Positions 55,667 through 63,299 of a stretch of DNA of 64,000 bases are shown in pieces. The notes below the pieces were generated by a model that worked only from the letters and a program-made list of their open reading frames with translations, ran no database searches and was not told the origin of the DNA. Numbering within the stretch: the stretch's first letter is position 1; every line of letters begins with the position of its first letter. The translations under genes were made by a program, and so were the position numbers. The DNA comes from Pyrinomonadaceae bacterium (GTDB lineage Bacteria > Acidobacteriota > Blastocatellia > Pyrinomonadales > Pyrinomonadaceae): positions 1,763 to 65,762 of the forward strand of contig JBGTII010000102.1 of the NCBI GenBank assembly GCA_041745735.1, in the 5' to 3' direction.

Positions 55667-56427
55667 CTTCGGGCTACGCCCGTCGATGTGCGGAAAAGCT
55701 ACGCTTTTCCTTATAATATTAAAATCACTGCGGCTTCGCCGCTGCATCTTGTAGCCATGAGAATATCGCGGGACAACCCTTGCTATTTTCTGACCTCGGT
55801 CACCAAAGACCGCCTGCCTATTTTCCGAACCGAAAAGATCAAGCAAATTCTATGCGACGCTCTCACCGAGGCGTGCCGCTCCGGGGGCATTAGGATATTT
55901 GCCTATGCGATCATGCCGGACCACTCGCATCTGATCGCCGACAGCGCCAGGAGCATTGCGGATGTTTTGCGGTTTACCAATGGAATCGCGGCAAAGCGGG
56001 TGCTCGACTATTTGAAAGAAAATAATTACGAAAGCTCTTTGGCAAAGCTGCGCGAACAGCATAAGGGGCGAAATCACAAATACTCTATGTGGCAGCATCA
56101 CCCGAACGCCTTTGCGATAATTGGTGAAGACACCATGATGCAGAAAGTAAATTATGTTCACCAAAATCCTGTTGCGGATGGTTTGGTCGAGCGTGCGGAG
56201 GACTATCGGTTTTCAAGTGCGAGGCTTTGGAAGGGTGTGGAGTTAGTTGATGAGCCCTTTCTTACTCATCACAAGTCGATCGACTGGAGAACGGCGGCGT
56301 AGCCGGGAAGGTTTTTTAGCCTGCCGGAAAAGCATAGCTTTTCCGAACATCGAGCGGCATAGCCGCAAGAGTTTGGGCGAGCAAATGGTGCGACAAATTT
56401 TTCCGCACATCGAGCAGCAAAGCCGCC
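55667..56427 (+). mobile_element. REP-RAYT unit: tyrosine transposase gene bracketed by inverted REP hairpins
   Basis: The upstream REP core at 55671-55699 (GGGCTACGCCCGTCGATGTGCGGAAAAGC) carries the hairpin GGAAAAGC-TAC-GCTTTTCC. It matches the reverse complement of 56337-56366 at 24 of 29 positions, and that of 56398-56427 somewhat less well. Degenerate partial copies lie at 55730-55756 and 56291-56306. Confidence 0.6.
55757..56302 (+). CDS. REP-associated tyrosine transposase (RAYT; IS200/IS605-like Y1 HUH enzyme)
   Basis: HUH motif in AIMPDHSHLI and catalytic-Tyr motif VNYVHQNPV. The ATG at 55757 gives 181 aa. The GTG-extended ORF (55688) reads through the REP. Confidence 0.8.
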   Translation: MRISRDNPCYFLTSVTKDRLPIFRTEKIKQILCDALTEACRSGGIRIFAYAIMPDHSHLIADSARSIADVLRFTNGIAAKRVLDYLKENNYESSLAKLREQHKGRNHKYSMWQHHPNAFAIIGEDTMMQKVNYVHQNPVADGLVERAEDYRFSSARLWKGVELVDEPFLTHHKSIDWRTAA

Positions 56428-56441
56428 GGGTAATGATCTTC

Positions 56442-56849
56442 TTACTTCTGCCTCCTCTTCCTATGCGGCCGAGGGGTCGAGTTTACGGTTTCCCGCAGTT
56501 TTAGCATCAAAATGCCCGCGGCATTTACTTCGGGGCGGACAAATTCTTGTGTCTGTTTTGGGCGTAAGCCGTAGTGGCCGCAAAAATTTCCGGCGCCTAT
56601 TTCCCAGCCTGCGCGGCCTTTACGGAGCAGCGGAAAGTGGGCGGGGAGCCGGGCGTTGGCAGGTTCGATTGCGATCATGTCTTCTTCTCGGCTGTAATAC
56701 AGAGCGACGGCGTCGGGTTTGCCGAGAATGCGATAGATGTTTTGATTTAGGTAAATGACCCCGTCGGGGCGGAGCGTAACATGGACGCGTTTTTGTTTTG
56801 CGAGTGCGGGTCCGGCGGTAAATTTTTCAAAATGTCGTTCGAGTGTCAT
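56442..56849 (-). CDS. hypothetical protein with basic C-terminal tail
   Basis: 135-aa ATG ORF ending ..PRPHRKRRQK. It is embedded between REP clusters. No family recognised. Confidence 0.55.
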   Translation of the reverse strand: MTLERHFEKFTAGPALAKQKRVHVTLRPDGVIYLNQNIYRILGKPDAVALYYSREEDMIAIEPANARLPAHFPLLRKGRAGWEIGAGNFCGHYGLRPKQTQEFVRPEVNAAGILMLKLRETVNSTPRPHRKRRQK

Positions 56850-56929
56850 CTGTGTTCCGTGGAGTTTTTGTATTTATGTATCATAGATAGCACAAGATTG
56901 CACAGATGTCAAGCCCCCATGCTCATCTT

Positions 56930-57008
56930 CCTTTGCGTACTTGGTGGCTTTGCGTGGTAAAAAGCTAGTTTCCCGCAAAGACGCTAAGGCCGCAAAGGGA
57001 ACGCAAAG
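56930..57008. repeat. imperfect palindromic element built from CTTTGCG / CGCAAAG units
   Basis: Left arm 56930-56957 is CCTTTGCGTACTTGGTGGCTTTGCGTGG. The reverse complement of right arm 56972-56998 is CCTTTGCGGCCTTAGCGTCTTTGCGGG. An extra ACGCAAAG lies at 57001-57008. Confidence 0.55.
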
Positions 57009-57188
57009 TCGATCGATCTGCGGCATCGCAACGTCACCGATATCAGCCCGATTTCACCGAATTAGCCGATGGACCCAACCGGATCGCCTTTTGGAGGATA
57101 TCGCGTTTTGCTGGTAACGGCGCTTTTTCTGGTTTGGGGCTCGGTTTTTGTGGTACGAGCAGTCGAAGATCTAAGTGTTTTGCTTATC

Positions 57189-57430
57189 GGCCCGTGTAGC
57201 GGGTTTCGGCAAATCGCCATACGGCGCAAGCCCGTGGGTAGGTTTCGACAATAGACGCAAAAAAGCCCGCGTAGTGGGCGACAGGGTAAATGTCTCGAGA
57301 TGCCGACTGTTAGATCGATCTCACTGAGGTCCCATTCACTGTCGCCCGCTACGCAGGCTTTAAATATGTTTGCTATTATTCCACGGGTTTACACCCGTGG
57401 CTTTATGCTTGCCGCCCGCTACGCAGGCTC
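57189..57430. repeat. cluster of REP/REPIN-like repeats (GCCCG(C/T)GTAG(C/T)GGG family) plus a perfect hairpin
   Basis: Forward copies at 57189-57210 and 57264-57287; inverted copies at 57338-57360 and 57411-57430. 57264-57284 matches the reverse complement of 57340-57360 at 19 of 21 positions. The hairpin CCACGGGT-TTAC-ACCCGTGG lies at 57381-57400. Confidence 0.6.
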
Positions 57431-57652
57431 TCAAATACTTCTATAAATCGCAATGAAGTGCAGCGAGACGCCAAATGCCCCAAGAACGGCCACACAAGTC
57501 CCGAATGTAAATATCGAGATCCGCGTATAGTTCACCGGTTTGGTACCGAGACGTTTTAGGAGGTTCCCGATCCTACCGCTTAAGAGCATGAGCAGGCCGC
57601 CAACGAGCAGATAGGCCGTGACGATCATAAAACTCGTTTCAACGTTTCTCAT
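57431..57652 (-). CDS. small two-TM membrane protein
   Basis: 73 aa, starting 13 nt after the pilC stop on the same strand. Confidence 0.5.
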   Translation of the reverse strand: MRNVETSFMIVTAYLLVGGLLMLLSGRIGNLLKRLGTKPVNYTRISIFTFGTCVAVLGAFGVSLHFIAIYRSI

Positions 57653-57664
57653 AAGTGATCCTTA

Positions 57665-58897
57665 CTATTTCGCTCCGCCGGAGAGTTTTCCGATGAGCGA
57701 GAAGAGCGGCAGGTACATCGAGATGACGATCGAACCGATGGTCACACCGAGAAATGCGATAAGTACGGGCTCCATTAATCCGAGCAGATCGGCGATGGCG
57801 GTATCCACTTCTTCTTCGTAAAAATCGGCGATCTTGCCGAGCATCGCATCGAGGGCACCGGTCTGTTCACCTACGCCGATCATCTGGCCGACCATGTGGG
57901 GGAAGACGTTAGTGGCCTTGAGCGGATCGACAAAATTCTCACCGCGTTCGACACCGGCACGGACCTTGAGGATGGCGTCTTCGATGATGACGTTACCGGC
58001 GGTCTTGGCCGTGATGTCGAGTGATTGCAGGATGGGCACACCCGACGAAAGCAGGGTCGACAGAATGCGTGAAAAACGCGCGACGGCCACCTTGCGCAGG
58101 ATGCTACCAAAAATGGGGGCCTTTAGGAGGAGGGCATCGATCTGCCATTTTCCTTTTGGCGTGGCGTAATAAAACTTAATTGCGACACCGCTTCCGATCA
58201 GGATGATGAGCGTTGCGAGGCCGCCCCAACCGGCGATAAAGCCACTTATCCCCATGACGATCCGCGTCGGCAGCGGCAGGGCCTCACCCGGGCCCAACAG
58301 GCCGAGAAAGATCTGTTGAAACTGCGGGATGACCACGATCATGATGACCGCGATGGCTCCGATCGCGACCGTAATAACTGCGGCAGGATAGATCGATGCC
58401 GAGACGATGCTGCGTTTGAGTTTGACGACCTTTTCGATCAACGTCGCGAGACGCTGGAGGATCAGATCGAGCACACCGCCCGTTTCACCGGCCTCGACCA
58501 TGTGTGTATAGAGGTTGTCGAAAACTTTCGGGTGCTTTTCGAGAGCGGAAAACAGCGTCGAACCTTCTTCGACGCTCTGACGCACCTGGCGGAGGACATC
58601 TTTGAAATAAACGTTTTGCTGCTGTTCGCCGAGGATGTCGATACACTGTACTAACGGCAGGCCGGCATCGATCATCACGGAAAACTGACGTGTGAAGACA
58701 GCCAATTCCTTAGCACCCACCTTTTTACGGCGGCCAAGTTTTGGAATGGCTATCTCTCGGCCTTTTTCCTTGGCCTGCGTCATGACGATCTGCTCACGGC
58801 GGAGCAAGGCACGCAGCTCGTCCTGGCTTGCGGCTTCTTTTTCGCCCGCGACGAGCTCGTTCAAACGATTTCTTCCCTTAAATGCGTATGTTGGCAT
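57665..58897 (-). CDS. pilC: type IV pilus assembly platform protein PilC (GspF family)
   Basis: Duplicated T2SSF domains, three TM segments and a C-terminal ..MYLPLF motif. Confidence 0.9.
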   Translation of the reverse strand: MPTYAFKGRNRLNELVAGEKEAASQDELRALLRREQIVMTQAKEKGREIAIPKLGRRKKVGAKELAVFTRQFSVMIDAGLPLVQCIDILGEQQQNVYFKDVLRQVRQSVEEGSTLFSALEKHPKVFDNLYTHMVEAGETGGVLDLILQRLATLIEKVVKLKRSIVSASIYPAAVITVAIGAIAVIMIVVIPQFQQIFLGLLGPGEALPLPTRIVMGISGFIAGWGGLATLIILIGSGVAIKFYYATPKGKWQIDALLLKAPIFGSILRKVAVARFSRILSTLLSSGVPILQSLDITAKTAGNVIIEDAILKVRAGVERGENFVDPLKATNVFPHMVGQMIGVGEQTGALDAMLGKIADFYEEEVDTAIADLLGLMEPVLIAFLGVTIGSIVISMYLPLFSLIGKLSGGAK

Positions 58898-58918
58898 GAT
58901 TTACTCCAATAAATATTC

Positions 58919-60124
58919 TTAACGTGGGCGTTCGCCGATGTTGCGGGACTGGCTGTACGGGCTGCCGTTCGCTGGCGGACGTGTCGCCGAGCGGGCATTG
59001 CCGGCGTAAGCGTCGTTAAGTCCCGAACCGCGGTCGATCAATTCTTTTAGCTCGTCGGCGTTGGACGAACGCTGCATCGCTGCTTCGAGCGAGATCTGCT
59101 TTTTGTGATAAAGCGTCGCCAAGCTCTGGTTGAACGTCTGCATACCAAATTTGTCCTGTCCGGTCTGCATCATCGAGTAGATCTGGTGGATCTTGTCCTC
59201 GCGGATCAGGTTGCGGATAGCGGCATTTGGCACGAGTATCTCAAGAGCCATGACGCGGCCGTCGCCCGTTGCTTTTGGCACAAGGGCTTGGCACATGATG
59301 CCTTCGAGCACCAGCGATAGCTGCGTGCGGACCTGCGACTGCTGACCGGCCGGAAATACGTCGATGATACGGTTGATCGTCGAATACGCCGAGTTTGTAT
59401 GCAGCGTTGCAAAGGTAAGATGGCCCGTCTCAGCGATGCGCAGGGCCATTTCTATGGTTTCTAGATCGCGCATCTCGCCGACTAGGACTACGTCAGGATC
59501 TTGCCGAAGTGCGGTTCTGAGGGCGGCACTGAACGAATGTGTATCAGCGGCGACCTCACGTTGATTTATAACACAATTCTTATGGTTGTGGAGAAATTCG
59601 ATCGGGTCCTCGATCGTCATAATGTGTTCATGACGCTCGACATTTATCTTATCCACCATCGACGCGAGCGTCGTCGATTTACCCGAACCGGTCGGGCCGG
59701 TCACGAGGATCAGGCCGCGCGGTTTCTTACACATATCCGAAACTACCGAGGGCAAACCGAGAGCTTCGAAAGTTTTGATCTCGTACGGGATGGCACGAAA
59801 CACAGCACCGACCGCACCTTTCTGGTTAAAGATGTTGGCACGAAAACGCGACATTCCCTTTAGGCCGAACGAAAAGTCGAGCTCGAGGTTTTCCTCAAAT
59901 CGATGCTTTTGCGCATCTGTCAAAACGGAATAAGCGAGCCGCTTGGTGTCGGACGGCGTCAGCACAGGGAACCCGGAAAGCGGGGCCAGGTGCCCGTGTA
60001 CGCGAACTTGCGGGGCGGAGTTTGTCGAAAGATGAAGGTCGGACCCGCCCTGATCTGTCATTTTTTTGAGCAGATCAGGAAGCGTGATCGACGATTCTAC
60101 AGATGTTTGATTTTCGTAGCTCAT
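58919..60124 (-). CDS. pilT: type IV pilus retraction ATPase PilT
   Basis: Walker A GPTGSGKST and the AIRNLIRE motif. A C-terminal tail of about 40 aa is rich in Gly, Ser, Ala, Asn, Pro and Arg. Confidence 0.9.
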   Translation of the reverse strand: MSYENQTSVESSITLPDLLKKMTDQGGSDLHLSTNSAPQVRVHGHLAPLSGFPVLTPSDTKRLAYSVLTDAQKHRFEENLELDFSFGLKGMSRFRANIFNQKGAVGAVFRAIPYEIKTFEALGLPSVVSDMCKKPRGLILVTGPTGSGKSTTLASMVDKINVERHEHIMTIEDPIEFLHNHKNCVINQREVAADTHSFSAALRTALRQDPDVVLVGEMRDLETIEMALRIAETGHLTFATLHTNSAYSTINRIIDVFPAGQQSQVRTQLSLVLEGIMCQALVPKATGDGRVMALEILVPNAAIRNLIREDKIHQIYSMMQTGQDKFGMQTFNQSLATLYHKKQISLEAAMQRSSNADELKELIDRGSGLNDAYAGNARSATRPPANGSPYSQSRNIGERPR

Positions 60125-60147
60125 AATTTTAGCGGGAGCAGGTAGGG

Positions 60148-60963
60148 TTAGTCTTTTAGGGCCGCCCGCTGTGTGCCGCGAACGCGGGTTTTGAGCGAGT
60201 TGATTACCTTTTCCGATTCCTCCGCGAGGCGTTCGGCTTCCTGGACAGGGGAGTTGGTAGCGACGGAGTAGATCTTGCCGTCAACTTCGGTGAAATAGAA
60301 CATACGCGATTGCACCGCGCCGTTCTTAGCCTGTGACTGAGCGACGACGACGTACACGGGCTGTCCGTCGATCTCTTTTTGGTAATCGTTGACGACCCAG
60401 CCGTTTTCGCGGATCATCTTGTCGATCACGTCGCGGCGAAGAGAGGTGGTTGCGACGCCGCCGACAGATTTGCTGCGGTTGTAGTCGCCGGGTTGATCCT
60501 GTGCCGGCCCGAGGACCGCGATCGACGCCGAACCGACTTGATCGCCGGCCGAATTATCGACGCGGAATTTGAGCTCCGCCGGTGACGAAGCGGCTCGGCT
60601 CCATCCGTTTGGTGCAGTGTCGCCTGATGGCAAAACTGCCCGTGCCGTATCAGCTTTCTGACGTTTTGCGACCGTCGGCTTGGTGACTTTCTCGCCGTTA
60701 TTACGTTCAGCAGCACGAGCACGTGCGAGACGAAGCTGGCGCAGACGGAGAGCACGTTTGCGGGCCTGCATGGCCTTTTTACGCTTCATGCGGGCGCGGT
60801 ATTGACGCCACCAGCCCTTGGAATATTTTTTATATTTCTTGGCGTGCTTACGCTTTTTCTTTTTATTGCGGGGACCAGCTTCTGAGCTATCCGTCGCAAG
60901 CGGTATGATCGTCGCTCCGCCGATAAGAAGTGCCAATGATAATGCTATTGCCCTGACTAACAT
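60148..60963 (-). CDS. secreted protein with an extremely basic Lys/Arg-rich segment and a globular C-terminal domain
   Basis: Signal peptide MLVRAIALSLALLIGGATIIPLA. Next comes PRNKKKKRKHAKKYKKYSKGWWRQYRARMKRKKAMQARKRALRLRQLRLARARAAERN, followed by a mixed alpha/beta region of about 150 aa. Confidence 0.65.
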   Translation of the reverse strand: MLVRAIALSLALLIGGATIIPLATDSSEAGPRNKKKKRKHAKKYKKYSKGWWRQYRARMKRKKAMQARKRALRLRQLRLARARAAERNNGEKVTKPTVAKRQKADTARAVLPSGDTAPNGWSRAASSPAELKFRVDNSAGDQVGSASIAVLGPAQDQPGDYNRSKSVGGVATTSLRRDVIDKMIRENGWVVNDYQKEIDGQPVYVVVAQSQAKNGAVQSRMFYFTEVDGKIYSVATNSPVQEAERLAEESEKVINSLKTRVRGTQRAALKD

Positions 60964-60978
60964 ATTTCCTCCAAAAAC

Positions 60979-62835
60979 CTAAATGACCGTTTCCTTAACA
61001 ACTTCTTCGATCGTGGTGATGCCCTGGCGTATCTTGCACAAGCCCGATTCGCGTAGCGTGATCATCCCCAGATCGATCGCTGTTCTCCGTAGTTCCATTG
61101 CGCTGGCGCCAATTATGATGAGTTCGCGGAGCTCGTCAGTGATCTCCATGACCTCGTATAATCCGACACGGCCCTTAAATCCTGTCTGATTACAAACCGT
61201 GCAGCCGCGGCCTTTGTAAAGTTTCAGATCACCGGCCTCTTCGGCTGAAAAGCCGACCTCGATGAGCCCCTCGACCGGCATGCTTGTTTCTTCTTTACAC
61301 TCGCTGCAGATACGTCGGATCAGCCGCTGTGCCTGAATAATGTTGACCGATGTCGCGACCAAAAACGGCTCGATACCCATGTTGACGAGACGCGAAACCG
61401 TTGACGGAGCATCATTAGTATGCAGTGTCGAGAGAACAAGGTGGCCCGTAAGCGCTGCCTTGATCGCAATTTCTGCGGTCTCAAAGTCTCGAATTTCTCC
61501 TACCAAGACGATGTTAGGATCCTGACGCAGGAACGAGCGAAGCGCAGCCGCAAAGTTCAGCCCGATCTGCTCTTTCATCTGCACCTGATTGATGCCCTGC
61601 AGGTTGAATTCGACCGGATCTTCGGCCGTCATGATGTTTGTCTCCGACGTATTCAGAGCCTGAAGTGCTGAATACAATGTGTTCGTTTTACCCGAACCTG
61701 TCGGGCCGGTGACGAGCACCATTCCATAAGGATTGGCGATGGCTCGTTTGAATTTGTCGAGGCTTTCCTGCTCAAAGCCAAGCTTGGTCATGTCGAGCAT
61801 GAGTTTGTCTTTATCAAGCAAACGAAGCACGACCTTTTCGCCAAACAGCGTCGGCAGCGTCGAGACACGGAAATCGAGTTCGCGTGAGCGGTTGTCGATC
61901 TTGACCTTGATCTTGATGCGGCCATCCTGCGGCAGACGTTTCTCGGAAATGTCGAGTTTCGCCATGATCTTGAGACGCGAGATAAGCGGATCTCGGATCT
62001 TCAAAGGCGGATGCATAACGTCGTAAAGAACTCCGTCGATACGGAAACGGATGCGGAAATCTTTTTCGTATGGCTCGACGTGGATATCGGACGCTCCGCG
62101 ACGAAGCGAATCGACCATCAGCACGTTAACGAGCCGGACGACCGGAGCGTCTTCGCTGGCACGAGCGAGAGCGGCAAGATCGATCTCATCCTTTTCCTCA
62201 ACGATCTCGAAATCATCGGGATCGCCGCCGCCAAATTCAAATCGGTCGAGCGAAACATCGAGATCAGAGGCGGACAGTTTCTCAGCCGAATCGACTTTGA
62301 AACCGCTCAACGTCTTGGCTGCGGCACCGTTCGAGCCGTTTCGGCCGTTGACGGCACCTGCGGCCTCGGTCTCGACGGCAAAAGCGGCGTCGAAAATATC
62401 TATCTCGCTTGAGCCGTTGTAGTATTTTCCGATCGCGAACATGATCGACGTTTCGGATGCGATCACCGGCTCGACATTTAGTCCGGTCATGAACTTGATG
62501 TCGTCCATGGCAAAGACATTTGTCGGGTCGGCCATCGCCATAGTGAGCGTGGCTCCGACCTTAGAGATCGGCAGCACCGAATATTTTTGTGCGACCTCCT
62601 CAGAGATCAGTTTGATAACGTCTTTTTCGATCTGGAAGAGGTCGAGGTTGATGGACGGCACACCATATTGGCGGGACAGGACTGCGGTAACGACGTCGTC
62701 TGAGACAAAACCAAGCTTGACAAGGTTCGAGCCCAAACGGCCGCCGTGCTCACGCTGGTACTCCAGCGTCTCGCGCAGCTGCTGCGACGTGATCAGATTT
62801 TCGCGGACTAGGATTTCACCAAGTTTTGCTGACAT
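60979..62835 (-). CDS. pilB: type IV pilus assembly ATPase PilB (GspE family)
   Basis: N-terminal MshEN/T2SSE_N-like domain, Walker A GPTGSGKTN and a tetracysteine motif (CSECK...CTVC). Confidence 0.9.
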   Translation of the reverse strand: MSAKLGEILVRENLITSQQLRETLEYQREHGGRLGSNLVKLGFVSDDVVTAVLSRQYGVPSINLDLFQIEKDVIKLISEEVAQKYSVLPISKVGATLTMAMADPTNVFAMDDIKFMTGLNVEPVIASETSIMFAIGKYYNGSSEIDIFDAAFAVETEAAGAVNGRNGSNGAAAKTLSGFKVDSAEKLSASDLDVSLDRFEFGGGDPDDFEIVEEKDEIDLAALARASEDAPVVRLVNVLMVDSLRRGASDIHVEPYEKDFRIRFRIDGVLYDVMHPPLKIRDPLISRLKIMAKLDISEKRLPQDGRIKIKVKIDNRSRELDFRVSTLPTLFGEKVVLRLLDKDKLMLDMTKLGFEQESLDKFKRAIANPYGMVLVTGPTGSGKTNTLYSALQALNTSETNIMTAEDPVEFNLQGINQVQMKEQIGLNFAAALRSFLRQDPNIVLVGEIRDFETAEIAIKAALTGHLVLSTLHTNDAPSTVSRLVNMGIEPFLVATSVNIIQAQRLIRRICSECKEETSMPVEGLIEVGFSAEEAGDLKLYKGRGCTVCNQTGFKGRVGLYEVMEITDELRELIIIGASAMELRRTAIDLGMITLRESGLCKIRQGITTIEEVVKETVI

Positions 62836-63299
62836 TGTTTCTGCGGGGCCCTCTGCCTCTGAAAAAACCCGGGCAAAGGGAACTTTACTTAGAGGATGTT
62901 TCGGTCTAAATGATCGAGAGGTACTAATAGGAAAACAGTGACAAACACTGTTGACTACTAATAATACATTGTTAAACTTGTGGGTGTCAACAATTCTTTT
63001 GAATCTAAGGAAAGGAATTTTCGGTCAGAATGACCTGATGGAATGGACAAGGGCCTCGCAATGTGCGAAGCCTTTTTTTGTTCAGAATCGCGGTGTCTGA
63101 CCCTATTCCTGCTATTCCTGTTTGACCCTATTCCTGTTACTTAGATGGTCGGAAGATGCAGATAAATACGGCGATCAGGACGACCAGACTTGCCGATGGT
63201 GTGAACCGTCTTTGGTTTAGGCCGCTGTGGTTGAGGGGTTTGTCGAGGAAGTGTCCGACGACGACTTCGATAAAACTTCTGAAAGATATCAGCTTAGAA

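Noticed and set aside
55688-55756. GTG-initiated N-terminal extension of the RAYT ORF (MRKSYAFPYNIKITAASPLHLVA).
   Set aside because: The extension is simply the translation of the REP hairpin and its degenerate second copy. The ATG at 55757 gives a normal-length Y1 transposase.
56275-56427. CRISPR-like periodicity: three related ~25-30-nt motifs spaced about 60 bp apart downstream of the transposase gene.
   Set aside because: There are only three copies. They are imperfect and individually palindromic. An inverted copy lies upstream of the adjacent HUH/Y1 gene, and there are no cas genes. A REP array is the better explanation.
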